This document shows, piece by piece, positions 17,388 through 27,664 of a DNA stretch of 64,000 bases (within the stretch, counting starts at the first letter, position 1; every line of letters starts with the position of its first letter). The notes under the pieces are model-generated. The model saw only the letters and a program-made list of their open reading frames with translations, was not told the origin of the DNA and did not search any database. The translations under genes were made by a program, and so were the position numbers. Source of the stretch: a virus (Duplodnaviria; Caudoviricetes). The stretch covers positions 1-64,000 of IMG/VR virus record IMGVR_UViG_3300029288_000063, one strand, 5' to 3'.

Positions 17388-18347
17388 ATGGCGGCGCAGG
17401 GTTATATCCCCGAAAACATCGTGTTTGTTTTTTCTGATTCCATCAAAGCCAAAGACATCAATGTCGTTCCGGCTTTTCCCGTTGATGCAGCCAACAAGAA
17501 GCGTCTTGAGTCGGCGGACAGGTGGGCGACCAATGGTAATTGGCAGAACCGTGGAAAAGAGAAGACTGTTAAGAAGAAGGAATATCCGAACGGCCCGTTT
17601 GTGGATGTTCGGATTAACGATTTGGAGTTTCGCGGCGAGGGTGGTCGTGCGTATAAGGTAGTCGTTGGTGATGACTACTACGTTGACTTCCGCGAAGACG
17701 AATTGATGTGGGTCATCAAGAATCGCGGTATCCGTGAGGGTGGGTTTATGAACGGCGAGTTTTGCTTCGCCGTCGTTGGCTCACAAACGAAACTTGTTCC
17801 CATCGGTTCTCCGCTGTGGGAGGGAGTAAGGGCGTCCGGCGCTCGTCGTGTCGCCAAAGAGATTGCGGCGTCCGACTTTGTTGTTGGTCATACCTATGAG
17901 CGGAAGAACCAGTCGCGTTTTACCATTATCGCCGAGGTGAACGTTCCGAGCATTACTCTGGTAAAGAAAGATGTTTCTTGGTGTGTGACACCGGTTTCAC
18001 AGCGCGTGCGTCTGGAGAAGGTTGGGCGCGTGTCGAAAACGTTTTTGATTTTCGATTCTTTTTACTCCGATGGAGGTCCGAAAGCCGATTTGTTGAAGGG
18101 GTATGTGTGGGAGTTCAAGTTTGCGAAGAAGCCGTCTGCGATTGTTGACCTTGGTGCTGTTCCAGCGTCCGACATGGTGACGATTGACGAGGTGAAGAAG
18201 AAAGCACAGGAGCAGCTTGGAAAATCCAACTACGTAAATGATGTATCCAAGGAGCTTCTTGGGTTGATTTGTATGCAGGACGCGTCGGTGACATACGTTC
18301 CTGACCCGGCGTTTGTTGATGGTGCGGTTGTTTGGTCGAAGAAGTAA
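17388..18347 (+). CDS. Hypothetical protein
   Basis: aaggag SD; long ORF. Confidence 0.65.
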   Translation: MAAQGYIPENIVFVFSDSIKAKDINVVPAFPVDAANKKRLESADRWATNGNWQNRGKEKTVKKKEYPNGPFVDVRINDLEFRGEGGRAYKVVVGDDYYVDFREDELMWVIKNRGIREGGFMNGEFCFAVVGSQTKLVPIGSPLWEGVRASGARRVAKEIAASDFVVGHTYERKNQSRFTIIAEVNVPSITLVKKDVSWCVTPVSQRVRLEKVGRVSKTFLIFDSFYSDGGPKADLLKGYVWEFKFAKKPSAIVDLGAVPASDMVTIDEVKKKAQEQLGKSNYVNDVSKELLGLICMQDASVTYVPDPAFVDGAVVWSKK

Positions 18348-18359
18348 GAGAGCGAATTT

Positions 18360-18659
18360 ATGAAGTCGTTTGATGAGACACTCAAAGAGGTTTATGAGCG
18401 TCAGGATGGCGACCCCATCTTTTCCGATATTGCGTTTTGGCTTTGCCGTCTGTCGACTGCCGAGCGGCGTATGCCTGTTCTTCGGGAGTTTTCCGTTCGT
18501 GAGAAGATTTGTCATGCGTGTGAGAACATATCGTCGAGTCTGAAGTGGTGTACGGCGGACAAAGCAAATCCCGTTTCAATCGCTGATATGACAGCGGTTC
18601 CTGAAAACTGTCCGTTTGCTGTTGAGATGGTTGTTGTTGCCGGTGTTGGGAGTGAATAG
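18360..18659 (+). CDS. Small Cys-rich protein, CxxC...PxxCP(Y/F)xxE family
   Basis: CHAC...WC...VPENCPFAVEMVV. Confidence 0.6.
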   Translation: MKSFDETLKEVYERQDGDPIFSDIAFWLCRLSTAERRMPVLREFSVREKICHACENISSSLKWCTADKANPVSIADMTAVPENCPFAVEMVVVAGVGSE

Positions 18660-18706
18660 TTGCCCGTGTTCTTTGTATGGCAAAACAGCTTTGCTAGGAG
18701 AAGGAG

Positions 18707-18982
18707 ATGCTTTTTGTGTTCATGTTTAACCTGTTGATTATTGGTTTGTGTGCCTATTGTTTGTATCGGGTGGTTGGTTTGCGCGTTCTGAACGCACTTA
18801 TCCCGGAACAGGAAGAGGTAAACAAAGCCCCAACGAAAGACTCCTCGCTTTCGGATTGCCTGAGTTCTGTCGAGGGTGAAGAAGTTGTTCCCGTTAAAAG
18901 GCGGGGGAAAAAGGCGTCCGAGTCGGACGAGGTGAAACCAAAGGTTGTTTGTCGGTCGAAAAAGGTTGTTGAACCCAAATAG
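18707..18982 (+). CDS. Small membrane protein
   Basis: N-terminal TM helix; aaggag SD. Confidence 0.6.
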   Translation: MLFVFMFNLLIIGLCAYCLYRVVGLRVLNALIPEQEEVNKAPTKDSSLSDCLSSVEGEEVVPVKRRGKKASESDEVKPKVVCRSKKVVEPK

Positions 18983-19020
18983 TTCGTCGTGGTGACGAAA
19001 ATATAAAAAGGAGAATCAAG

Positions 19021-20292
19021 GTGGAAATGAGTGAACGTAATGTGGCGAAGTTGATTGTGGTTGCGATTTGTCTTATGTTTGCCGCCCTTGTTATGCCGTC
19101 GATGGTTGAGACGGTTGACAATGGCACCTATCAGGTTCGGCAGTGGCCGGTGTCCGGATCCATTGACGTAAAAATGACGCCCGGCATGTGGTGGCAGTGT
19201 TTCGGCAACACTCAAACGTGGCCAAAGGCAGAGACGTTCTATTTCACAGAGGACCCGGAGGGGGCAACAGGACCGGACGACACGGGTGATGCCAGTATCG
19301 AGGTTACGTTCAACGACGGTTCGAAATGCCGTATCTCGGGAACGTGCCGTGTTGAAATGCCAAAGACTGAGGAACAGGCAAAAAACCTCATCATGGTCTT
19401 GGGATTGCGGTCGCATAACGATGTTGAGGAAAAGTTGGTCAAGCCGTGCCTTCGCAATGCGTTGATTTTGACAGCCAATATGATGACGGCACGCGAATCG
19501 TATTCGGAAAAGCGTATCGACTTTGTTATGACGGCGTGGGACCAAGTCCAGCATGGTCTGTATGAGTTCACTGAGGAAGTTACCGAGGTGAAGGACCCTG
19601 TGACCGGTATCGCAACGACCAAGAAAATCAAAATCCCATTGACGGGTAATGATGGTAAGATTATTCGCCAGCCCCAGTCAAACATCTTTGAAGGAACCGG
19701 CATTGTCCTGTCGAATTTTGAAGTGAAGAAGTTCCTGTATGAGGACAAGGTGCAGCAGCAGATTGCCCAGCAGCAGGAAGCCACAATGGCGGTTATCACG
19801 GCAATGGCGCAAGCCAAACGCGCAGAGCAGGATAGGCTCCGTATCGAAGCCGAAGGTAAAGCTGCCGTGACCAAGGCGCAGTATGAGAAGGAACAGGAAA
19901 AGATTCGCGCTGTGACTGACGCCCTGAAGGACAAGGAAGTTGCCGTAACAAAAGCAGAGCAGGAAAAGGAAGTCGCTGTCCTCGCTCGTGATGCTGCCGC
20001 GATGACTAAAGACCAGCAGATTCTACTCGGTCAGGGCGAGGCTGAGCGTAAGAAGCTCGTGATGGACGCCGATGGTGCGTTGCAGCAAAAGCTGTCCGCG
20101 TGGTTGGACTCTCAGAAGGTGTGGGCGGATGCGTTTGCGCGTCGCAATGTTCCGTCCGTCGTTATGGGTGAGAAGGGTGCCGGTCAGGATGGTTCGGCGA
20201 GCGATTTCATGTCGATGCTGACCATCAAGGCTGCGAAAGACCTTGCCCTTGATATGTCGATGAAGGGTTCCGTGCCGGTTGCGGAACAGTAG
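19021..20292 (+). CDS. SPFH/band-7 (flotillin-like) membrane protein
   Basis: N-terminal TM, ETVDNG.YQV.Q, SPFH-like core, long AE/AK coiled coil, VPSVVMG. Confidence 0.75.
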   Translation: MEMSERNVAKLIVVAICLMFAALVMPSMVETVDNGTYQVRQWPVSGSIDVKMTPGMWWQCFGNTQTWPKAETFYFTEDPEGATGPDDTGDASIEVTFNDGSKCRISGTCRVEMPKTEEQAKNLIMVLGLRSHNDVEEKLVKPCLRNALILTANMMTARESYSEKRIDFVMTAWDQVQHGLYEFTEEVTEVKDPVTGIATTKKIKIPLTGNDGKIIRQPQSNIFEGTGIVLSNFEVKKFLYEDKVQQQIAQQQEATMAVITAMAQAKRAEQDRLRIEAEGKAAVTKAQYEKEQEKIRAVTDALKDKEVAVTKAEQEKEVAVLARDAAAMTKDQQILLGQGEAERKKLVMDADGALQQKLSAWLDSQKVWADAFARRNVPSVVMGEKGAGQDGSASDFMSMLTIKAAKDLALDMSMKGSVPVAEQ

Positions 20293-20298
20293 GCTGCC

Positions 20299-20547
20299 AT
20301 GAAAAGATTGCCCATCAAGGCGGCGAAAGATGTTGCTGACAAATACAACCAGTCTCAGGTGATTATGGTCACTTGGGACAAGGAGTCGAATCTCATCCAT
20401 ACTGTGTCGTATGGCAAAACGGTAAAGGATTGTGAGGAGGCTGCGAAAGGCGCGAATATGGTTCGCCGGGCACTCGGGTTTCCCGAAGAATTGTGCAATG
20501 CGAAGCCAGCACGTCAGGTTCGCAGGGAGAAAAAGGCGAAGTCATAA
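20299..20547 (+). CDS. Hypothetical phage protein
   Basis: PIKAAKDVADKY...QVI...HTVSYG....C..AA. Confidence 0.6.
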   Translation: MKRLPIKAAKDVADKYNQSQVIMVTWDKESNLIHTVSYGKTVKDCEEAAKGANMVRRALGFPEELCNAKPARQVRREKKAKS

Positions 20548-20576
20548 TCCCAACCTCTATTCGGTTTGTTGTTTGG

Positions 20577-20605
20577 GCGGGGGTGTAAAAACCCCCGCTT
20601 TTTTT
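20577..20605 (+). terminator. Rho-independent terminator
   Basis: gcgggggt / acccccgc followed by T7. Confidence 0.85.
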
Positions 20606-20675
20606 GTCAGAGATTCTTGAATAGCACGATATTAGGTAGAGGGATTGGTTTTGCATTGGATATAAGGAGATTGCG

Positions 20676-20882
20676 ATGGGACAGACTTGTGAGGCGGTTC
20701 GCGTGATGAAGCTTGATATTGTGAAGTGGGCTTGTCAGAAAACGAACGCCGAAATCAACCAGCGTATCGACCTACTGATTGATTTCGTTCTTGCTCAAGG
20801 TGGGTGCCAAGAGGAAGTTGATCAGGCGAAGTTCGAGGCGAAGGAGCTTTCCTGTATCGTTCTTCGTCGGTGTCAGGGATGA
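20676..20882 (+). CDS. Hypothetical protein
   Basis: aaggag SD. Confidence 0.55.
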   Translation: MGQTCEAVRVMKLDIVKWACQKTNAEINQRIDLLIDFVLAQGGCQEEVDQAKFEAKELSCIVLRRCQG

Positions 20883-21094
20883 ATTGTCTGTTGTCGCCTG
20901 TTGTATCTGTGTGCAGGCAGTGCCGTTGGGGCAGATATCGTTATGACGAAAAAAGGCGGCGCAGTCGTCTGTATTGCGCCGCCTCGAACAATGAGAGTCC
21001 ATTCCGCAATTCATGGATTCAATCCAGAACGTTTTTCCCACCAGATTCGTGCCCGTATATCACCGAGTTTGTGATTTTGCGCGGCGGAAAATGA
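20879..21094 (+). CDS. Small Cys-rich protein, CxxC...PxxCP(Y/F)xxE family
   Basis: CRQC...YC...PPDSCPYITEFVI. Confidence 0.6.
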   Translation: MNCLLSPVVSVCRQCRWGRYRYDEKRRRSRLYCAASNNESPFRNSWIQSRTFFPPDSCPYITEFVILRGGK

Positions 21095-21180
21095 TTGACT
21101 GAATCGTATAGTTTGTTTATACTAACCGTGTTGGTACATGGTTGTTAGCTTGTTGCCGTTCTCTTTTTGGAGGAAGTATT

Positions 21181-21711
21181 ATGTGGAAGCATGGTGTATT
21201 GATTGGTTTGGTGGGTGCTTTGGTGGGTTCCTTTGCGTTGGTTGTGACTGGTTGCACGTCTGAGGACTACAGCAAGAACATGCGGGCAGCGACTGTTCAG
21301 GCGACAGCGATGGTTTCTGCGAAGGCTATTCTTGATGAGGTTGCAGCTGACAAGTATGACTCCACAAAAGCCAAGATGATTGAGGTGTTTGCCGAGGTTG
21401 GTCGGTTTCTCGATACTGGGAAGATTGGCGACTTGCCGTTTGATGCAGCCAAAGACGCTGTTGTGAAATTCATGCAGGAAAAGGGATGGGATCAGTATAT
21501 TCCGGCTGTTGTAAGCATAATGGATATTATTGCAGAGCAAAAGGTTCCGATTGAAAAACTTGGTATTGACAATATTGCCATGATTAAGTTGGGTCTTGAG
21601 TCTGCGTCTGTGAGTGCCTCAACATCAAAGGTTGAATGGCGTCGCCCGGCGTCCCGTGATGGTTCGAAGGCTGTTTTGCCGCCGAATAAGATTCGTTTGT
21701 ACCGCGATTAA
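21181..21711 (+). CDS. Putative lipoprotein
   Basis: Hydrophobic signal ending in lipobox-like VTG/C; ggagg SD. Confidence 0.65.
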   Translation: MWKHGVLIGLVGALVGSFALVVTGCTSEDYSKNMRAATVQATAMVSAKAILDEVAADKYDSTKAKMIEVFAEVGRFLDTGKIGDLPFDAAKDAVVKFMQEKGWDQYIPAVVSIMDIIAEQKVPIEKLGIDNIAMIKLGLESASVSASTSKVEWRRPASRDGSKAVLPPNKIRLYRD

Positions 21712-21784
21712 CCGAGATTTCCAGTTTGTGTCCGATAAGCCTTCGTGGGTATAATTCCACGAAGGCTTTTTGTTGGAGAATTGT

Positions 21785-22291
21785 ATGCATGTTGAATCAG
21801 AGGGAACCTGTTGCGGGTTCGAGTTCAAGGTTATACTTCAAGACCTTGGTTTCCGTTGTGGGTATGTTCGGTTGCCGAAGGGACATCCGTGGTATGGTAT
21901 GCGTATGTTCGATATTCCTGCAAAGGTGCATGGCGGGATAACGTTCGCTGATTTTTGCTCGTGTGGTCCTCTTGACGGCGGGTTCTGGATTGGTTTTGAT
22001 TGTGCCCATGTCTTTGACTCGTCAACCCTTGACGATGTGTCTGAGGAGCTTCGCGGAACGAACCTCGCAAACCTCATGGTGAATGGTATTTTTGACTCCG
22101 AGCCTGCAAATTCGCTCCGGAGTTTATTCAACCATTTGTTTGGCATTTCTGAAGAAGATTCGTTAGAGTGCGAACGTCAAATGAAGGCGATGCGGAAGCC
22201 GCGTAGTATGTTGTATGTTGAGTCGCAGTGCAAAAACCTTGCCGCCGAGTGTTTTGATGTTGCGAAAAGATTTAACGAAAAAAAGTTATAA
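21785..22291 (+). CDS. Conserved phage hypothetical protein
   Basis: CGYV.LP..HPWYG...VHGGITF...WIGFDCAH. Confidence 0.7.
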   Translation: MHVESEGTCCGFEFKVILQDLGFRCGYVRLPKGHPWYGMRMFDIPAKVHGGITFADFCSCGPLDGGFWIGFDCAHVFDSSTLDDVSEELRGTNLANLMVNGIFDSEPANSLRSLFNHLFGISEEDSLECERQMKAMRKPRSMLYVESQCKNLAAECFDVAKRFNEKKL

Positions 22292-22317
22292 ATTGTCAAA
22301 AATCCAGACCTCATGCG

Positions 22318-22608
22318 ATGGTGTTGCAGGAGGAAGAGTTTATGTTTGAGGTTACGATTACCGAGGTTTATCAGACGGTCTGGCGATATCATCGCTTATC
22401 ACGTCACTGGTGGTGCGAACGTGGACGCATGGTTGGCTATGAGGTGAGTGGTGGTGGGTGGTTTTTTCCAAGCAGGCATCGCAAGCTCGCTTGTGCCGAG
22501 AAAGAAAAGGCTTCTCGTGAGGCGTTCACCGCCAAGTTTCCGCCGCCGCCTATCTGGCGCAGCGAGCGTGAAATTGCGAAGAGTAAGCGTCTTGGCTTGA
22601 GGAAGTGA
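22318..22608 (+). CDS. Hypothetical protein
   Basis: ORF upstream of rtcB; start uncertain. Confidence 0.5.
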   Translation: MVLQEEEFMFEVTITEVYQTVWRYHRLSRHWWCERGRMVGYEVSGGGWFFPSRHRKLACAEKEKASREAFTAKFPPPPIWRSEREIAKSKRLGLRK

Positions 22609-22618
22609 GAGGATACCA

Positions 22619-23929
22619 ATGTTTGAGATGAACGGAAAGTATTCCGACGCGAAGGTTATGATTGATAGTGTCGATACGGAGACCGTCCGTCAGGTGCAGT
22701 TGATGGTCAATCATCCCGCCGCGTCCAACCCTGTCGCTATCATGCCTGATTGCCATGCGGGTAAGGGGTGCGTGATTGGGTTTACCATGAAGGTTGGGGA
22801 CAAGGTTGTTCCGAATTGGGTGGGGGTGGATATCGGCTGCGGGATGCTGTCCGTGCGGCTGCCACTGTCGTCACTGTCCGATAAGGAGTTGGCTGCCCTT
22901 GACGTGAAGATTCGCGAGAACGTTCCGATGGGCATGAATGTCAATAGTTCGTACAAGAAGTCACTGTGCGACGATTTCGTTCGCCTGTTGGTTGCCTCGG
23001 CGTCCGAGTCGAACAGCCCCATTGCAAGGAAGTTTATAACGGCGTCGAAGGATTCCGTCGAGGCGGAGGTTAAGTCGGTCGGTATGAATGTTGACTACTT
23101 CTGGACGTCCATTGGTTCGCTCGGTGGCGGGAATCATTTTATTGAGATTGGTCGTGACGAGGCTGGTCGTTTGTGGTTGACTGTCCATACCGGCTCCCGG
23201 AACTTCGGGAAGACGGCGTGTGAGCACTTCGATGACCGTGCGCAGGAGGTGTTGCGTAATGTTGACCTGTCGGGTTATATTTCAGAGTTGAAGGCGCGTG
23301 CCGACAGGGGAGAGATTTCCAAGTCGCAGATTGGTGACCTATTGGGCGAGAAGCAGCGTGAGTTCAAGTTGGACTTTGACGTGCGTTCGTCCGCGTATGT
23401 AACCGGAGACATGATGGATGGCTATCTGTCGGTTATGTTCTTGGCGCAGACCTACGCTGCGCTCAATCGGTCTGTGATTGTCGGGAAGATTGTGGAGTCC
23501 ATCGGGGCTATTGTCGGTGCCCCTGTATCGCCTGACGACCGCATCGAGACCACGCACAACTTCATCTCATTTGTTGACGGTATTGTCCGCAAGGGCGCGA
23601 TTCGCTCGTATGTCGGTGAGCGGATGATTATCCCCTTCAACATGCGGGATGGCTTGCTGATGTGCGAGGGCAAGTCGAATCCTGAGTGGAACTATTCCGC
23701 GCCCCACGGTGCCGGGCGCGTCCTGTCGCGTCGTCAGGCGAAGGACAGTATTGTTCTTGAGGACTACCAGAAGGCGATGTCCGGAATTTTCACCACGTCG
23801 GTTGGAGCCGATACGATTGACGAGTCGCCGATGGCGTATAAGGATGCGGCGATGATTGAGGAGGCGATTGCCCCCACTGCAACCATTATCCACCGTGTCA
23901 AGCCCATCTATAACGTAAAGGCTAGTTAA
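22619..23929 (+). CDS. rtcB: RNA-splicing/repair ligase RtcB
   Basis: MPDCHAGKG, VGVDIGCG, GSLGGGNHFIE, HTGSR, HN, RKGA, SAPHGAGR, DESPMAYK. Confidence 0.95.
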   Translation: MFEMNGKYSDAKVMIDSVDTETVRQVQLMVNHPAASNPVAIMPDCHAGKGCVIGFTMKVGDKVVPNWVGVDIGCGMLSVRLPLSSLSDKELAALDVKIRENVPMGMNVNSSYKKSLCDDFVRLLVASASESNSPIARKFITASKDSVEAEVKSVGMNVDYFWTSIGSLGGGNHFIEIGRDEAGRLWLTVHTGSRNFGKTACEHFDDRAQEVLRNVDLSGYISELKARADRGEISKSQIGDLLGEKQREFKLDFDVRSSAYVTGDMMDGYLSVMFLAQTYAALNRSVIVGKIVESIGAIVGAPVSPDDRIETTHNFISFVDGIVRKGAIRSYVGERMIIPFNMRDGLLMCEGKSNPEWNYSAPHGAGRVLSRRQAKDSIVLEDYQKAMSGIFTTSVGADTIDESPMAYKDAAMIEEAIAPTATIIHRVKPIYNVKAS

Positions 23930-23947
23930 AACAGAGAGGAGGTCAAA

Positions 23948-24148
23948 ATGAAATTCGTCATATGTGTTCTTGGCGGTCTGTTGTGTGGTGGTTGTGTTGG
24001 TGTCGCCCTCTTTGGAGAAAAAGAACTGGGTGCTTATATCCTTACTGTCGTAGGACTTGTTGTCGGGATTAAGGCAGGACTTGAAGATGACGATTCTTCA
24101 GGAGGATCTTCGAACAATCATCTTGGTTGTCCAAAAGGACACTATTAA
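23948..24148 (+). CDS. Small two-TM membrane protein
   Basis: Two hydrophobic segments; ggagg SD. Confidence 0.55.
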   Translation: MKFVICVLGGLLCGGCVGVALFGEKELGAYILTVVGLVVGIKAGLEDDDSSGGSSNNHLGCPKGHY

Positions 24149-24263
24149 CCATAACACCACAAAAACTGGAAATAGGTCGCTTATTTTTCTGGTGCCTGTG
24201 CCGGGCTGGTTTTATGCGAATTCTGTGACACAGAGAAAATCCTGATTTTCGAATCGAGGAAAA

Positions 24264-25286
24264 ATGTCAAAAGGTGAACCCATATTCAAGTCGGACAGAT
24301 TGCGGCTGATGGCGCGGCAATCAATCGAGGATATTCGGAAAAACCTTATGCAACTTGCCCGTGGTGGTCGTTCCCGTCTTGTCAGGGAAGACATCCTCAA
24401 AAACGCTGACCCGTTCCACGTGTGGAAATACATGGAGTTGCTTCTGCGTTCCGAGGGTCGACTTGAAGACTCCTACTCGATTACAATGCCGACGGCTGCG
24501 GCGTTGTCTGCCGGTTCGATGAGTCCGTTTATCTTTCAGGACAAAGAATTGGTTGAAGACATCTTGGAGTCCAAAACGAGTGGTATCCCGTTCAGTGCGG
24601 TCAAGTTCCCGTTCGACGAGTTCCTTATCGAATTGCCGGAGCCTGTGGTGTTTCCGGACGGTTCTGGCGACAAGTGGGACGTCGCGTGTTTTCGTTATGT
24701 GGACATGGTTCGCTCGCCCTATGAGTTGAACGACCAACAATCTCTCAATGCCGAATTTGGCGGGCAAGAACTTGAGAGCGAAAAGTGTATTATGCTTGTC
24801 TGTTACAATATGTCCGACAAGTCCGGCGATTCTGTGAGGACGAACTGGCTGTATTTCACGCCGCGCCCGGAATTTGTTTTCACAGACGACGATATTGTTG
24901 GTATGGATAACAAGAGCTGTGGGTCGTTTCCGAAAGAGGTCGTCGGTTCGGTTATCCTGCAAATCCTTCGTTTTGTGTTTTTCTTGGTGTCGCCGTCGTG
25001 CGTTGTAAACACTGTGAGCCGGTCGAAGCCGTCAGTGAAAGCCCCGGATGTTGTTCGGTATAGGTTCCAGCAGACGCGGATTGTTTCGGTGTCCAAGGAA
25101 AGAACCAACTACGAATACGACGAAGACGATGATAGCGGACGAAAGGTTTCCGTGCGGTTTCGGGTTGTTGGGCACTTCAAGCACTTCACGAAGGGTCGGT
25201 TGTCCGGGCGTATTATCTGGTGCCCGCCGCACTGGAAGGGTCCGGATATCGGAGTGCAGGTAGAAAAAAAGTACGTTGTTTCATAG
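24264..25286 (+). CDS. Hypothetical phage protein
   Basis: C-terminal V.GHF...IW.PPHWKG motif. Confidence 0.65.
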   Translation: MSKGEPIFKSDRLRLMARQSIEDIRKNLMQLARGGRSRLVREDILKNADPFHVWKYMELLLRSEGRLEDSYSITMPTAAALSAGSMSPFIFQDKELVEDILESKTSGIPFSAVKFPFDEFLIELPEPVVFPDGSGDKWDVACFRYVDMVRSPYELNDQQSLNAEFGGQELESEKCIMLVCYNMSDKSGDSVRTNWLYFTPRPEFVFTDDDIVGMDNKSCGSFPKEVVGSVILQILRFVFFLVSPSCVVNTVSRSKPSVKAPDVVRYRFQQTRIVSVSKERTNYEYDEDDDSGRKVSVRFRVVGHFKHFTKGRLSGRIIWCPPHWKGPDIGVQVEKKYVVS

Positions 25287-25577
25287 ATTCTGTCATGGTG
25301 GGTATTTACATGGTTTCACTTCTTTGGTATAATTCGGTATGTTGTTTTATTCCGGGTTGTCCGAGGAGGGGGTATATTGTGGCAAAAAGTCTTAAAGACG
25401 AAGAGGTTGAGCTATTGTTCTCTGTGATGTTTGCAGAGCAAAAAGCGAATGATGTATTGAAGTCAGAAGTCGAAAAGCGTTGTGGTCGTGACTCGTCGCG
25501 GTTTGTAGCGAGAATCAACCAAGCGAACGAAATGATACTTGACGCTGTTGACGAATTGTTAGCCCTGATGTCTAACC

Positions 25578-25832
25578 GTGTCTAATCCTTTTCTTATTCT
25601 GGTTCGTGAGTTCTTCTCGTCTGCTACAGATGAAGAGGCGTCTGATATTTTGTGGGGTCGTACGGCGTTTCCGTTTGATTGCTCAAGTTTGCGCGAGCAG
25701 TTGGCGGCCGCAAAATCCCATGATGATGCCGGTCGTAGACAGTGTGATTTTTGCATGAACGCGGCGGCGGATGGTGACTGTTTGTGTGCGGCGTGTTCGT
25801 CGGCTCTTAAGAGTCTCAAGAACAATCAGTGA
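25578..25832 (+). CDS. Hypothetical Zn-binding protein
   Basis: ILWGRTAFPF; CxxC..CxxC. Confidence 0.55.
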   Translation: MSNPFLILVREFFSSATDEEASDILWGRTAFPFDCSSLREQLAAAKSHDDAGRRQCDFCMNAAADGDCLCAACSSALKSLKNNQ

Positions 25833-25909
25833 ATGGCGTGCGTCTAACCGTGTATAATACAATGGTCCCGGAGATGTCGGGGTGGTTTTATTTACACGGG
25901 AGGCGGTAA

Positions 25910-26500
25910 ATGAGTTGGATTCAGACCTATTCTGGCCAAAAGTTTTTCATTTCAAATCCAAAACCAGAACTTGTGCGGGTAAATGATATCGCCCGCTCGT
26001 TGTCTATGATATGCCGGTTCGCCGGTCACTGCCGAGAGTTTTACAGCGTTTCCCAGCACAGTGTTTATACGACAATCTGGCTCCAAGACTTCTTTGAGCG
26101 AAAAAACAGTCGCGATTTTTCATCAGAACAGATTCGACACATCATGCTGGTTGGGCTTCTGCATGATGCCGCCGAGGCGTATATCGGAGATATTCCGCGC
26201 CCAGCGAAATCCGTGTTCAGTGAAGCGAAGTCACTCGAAGAACGGATTTTGCGGGCGGTGTTTGAGGCGTTGGCGTCGGATGTCCCTGAAGACTTTCTAT
26301 CCACCGCTTGGCTGTATGTCAAAATCGCTGACAATGCGTTGCTGGGTGCCGAGGCGCGTGACCTGTTCACCTACTGTATTGAGGATTGGCATATGAACCT
26401 TGGTATCGCGCCAGCCGATATTGACATTGTTCCGTGCTCGTCGAAGGATGCCGAAGAGTTGTTTTTACAGACGTACTATCAACTGCTTGGTGCAAAATGA
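25910..26500 (+). CDS. HD-domain phosphohydrolase (YfbR-like 5'-deoxynucleotidase)
   Basis: IQTYSG, DIARSLS..CRFAGH, YSVSQHS, LLHDAAEAYIGDIP.P.K. Confidence 0.85.
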   Translation: MSWIQTYSGQKFFISNPKPELVRVNDIARSLSMICRFAGHCREFYSVSQHSVYTTIWLQDFFERKNSRDFSSEQIRHIMLVGLLHDAAEAYIGDIPRPAKSVFSEAKSLEERILRAVFEALASDVPEDFLSTAWLYVKIADNALLGAEARDLFTYCIEDWHMNLGIAPADIDIVPCSSKDAEELFLQTYYQLLGAK

Positions 26501-26850
26501 AACTTGCTGTTGTTGGCTCCCGTTCGTTTCGTGATTTTGACCTTCTGGAGAAGACCTTGAAAAAGGTTTGCTCCGATTACGTTGTTGATAGCTTTGTGTC
26601 CGGCGGTGCCGTTGGAGCTGATTCGATGGGGTTGATGTTTGCCAAAGACAACAACATTCCGTCGGATGTTTATTTCCCGGATTGGGAACAGGGTAGGCAT
26701 GCCGGGTTTATAAGGAACACAAAGATTGCGGAAGAAGCTGATATTCTTGTCGCGTTTTGGGACGGTCGCTCGAATGGAACCAAAGACGTCATCGGAAAGG
26801 CGGAAAACTTGGGGAAAATTGTTATTGTCCAGTTGTTTGATTGTGGATAA
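26497..26850 (+). CDS. SLOG-family protein (DUF2493/YspA-like)
   Basis: AVVGSR.F.D, VSGGAVGAD, RN, AFWDG.S.GT. Confidence 0.8.
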   Translation: MKLAVVGSRSFRDFDLLEKTLKKVCSDYVVDSFVSGGAVGADSMGLMFAKDNNIPSDVYFPDWEQGRHAGFIRNTKIAEEADILVAFWDGRSNGTKDVIGKAENLGKIVIVQLFDCG

Positions 26851-27061
26851 ATTCCCGAAGGATTCTGTGTTGTTGCTCTATCGTTCTGTTGGTAAGGTGT
26901 AGTTGTTTTGCCCAGAAGGCGTATTCTTGTAGGTGCTGTTCTGCCTCCTGTTTGTTTGTGATGCAGGTTTTGATAAAGGCATTCTTGTGGTGTTCCATAA
27001 CCTTTAATGCTATCTGTTGGTTGCGTTTGGCGGCTCCGAGTTCCTTGAGTATGTCTATCAT
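26822..27061 (-). CDS. Small helical protein on the opposite strand
   Basis: aaaggag SD and cgataaag promoter-like motif on the minus strand; no credible + gene here. Confidence 0.55.
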   Translation of the reverse strand: MIDILKELGAAKRNQQIALKVMEHHKNAFIKTCITNKQEAEQHLQEYAFWAKQLHLTNRTIEQQHRILREFIHNQTTGQ

Positions 27062-27187
27062 ATTTTTCTCCTTTCTCAGGCTTTATCGTCGACCGGTGGC
27101 TGTTGTCTTGAGTCTTTTTTGGTTTTCGGTTCGATAATTTCGCTGCCCGAGCGATAGTGTGTTGTGGATAAACGAGGAGAATGCTTG

Positions 27188-27664
27188 ATGCCAACAATGG
27201 TTGTGATGCGCGGGCTGCCCGGTTCCGGTAAATCGACGCTGGCTCAGAATATCGCCAAGCGTCGTAATGCTGCCCTGTGCAGCGCGGACGACTGGTTCAT
27301 ACGGAACGGAAAATACTGCTTCGACCCCAAACAGCTTGGCGTCGCCCACATGCGTTGTCAGCACTATGTTCGTGAGGCTTGTAAAGCTGGTCGTGATGTT
27401 GTTGTTGATAATACGAACGCCTCGTGGGGCGAGGTGAAGGTTTGGGTTGACATTGCGAAAGAGTTCGGTTACAAGTTGGCTGTTTCCGTTCCCTCGTGGA
27501 CGGAAGATCTTTTCTGTGATGGTTCGTGGAATCTGAAGTTCCTGAGTGGTCGTTCGGTACACGATGTCCCTGATGAGGTTCTTTCCGGTATCTCTGAGAG
27601 GTTTGTTTGGGGTGTCGAGGATATGATTCGCGAAAGCGGAGTGGAGATTGAAGATGTCTGCTAA
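27188..27664 (+). CDS. P-loop kinase (AAA_33, polynucleotide-kinase/N4BP2-like)
   Basis: MRGLPGSGKST, CSADD.F, AH..C, VVDNTN, R.VH.VP. Confidence 0.85.
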   Translation: MPTMVVMRGLPGSGKSTLAQNIAKRRNAALCSADDWFIRNGKYCFDPKQLGVAHMRCQHYVREACKAGRDVVVDNTNASWGEVKVWVDIAKEFGYKLAVSVPSWTEDLFCDGSWNLKFLSGRSVHDVPDEVLSGISERFVWGVEDMIRESGVEIEDVC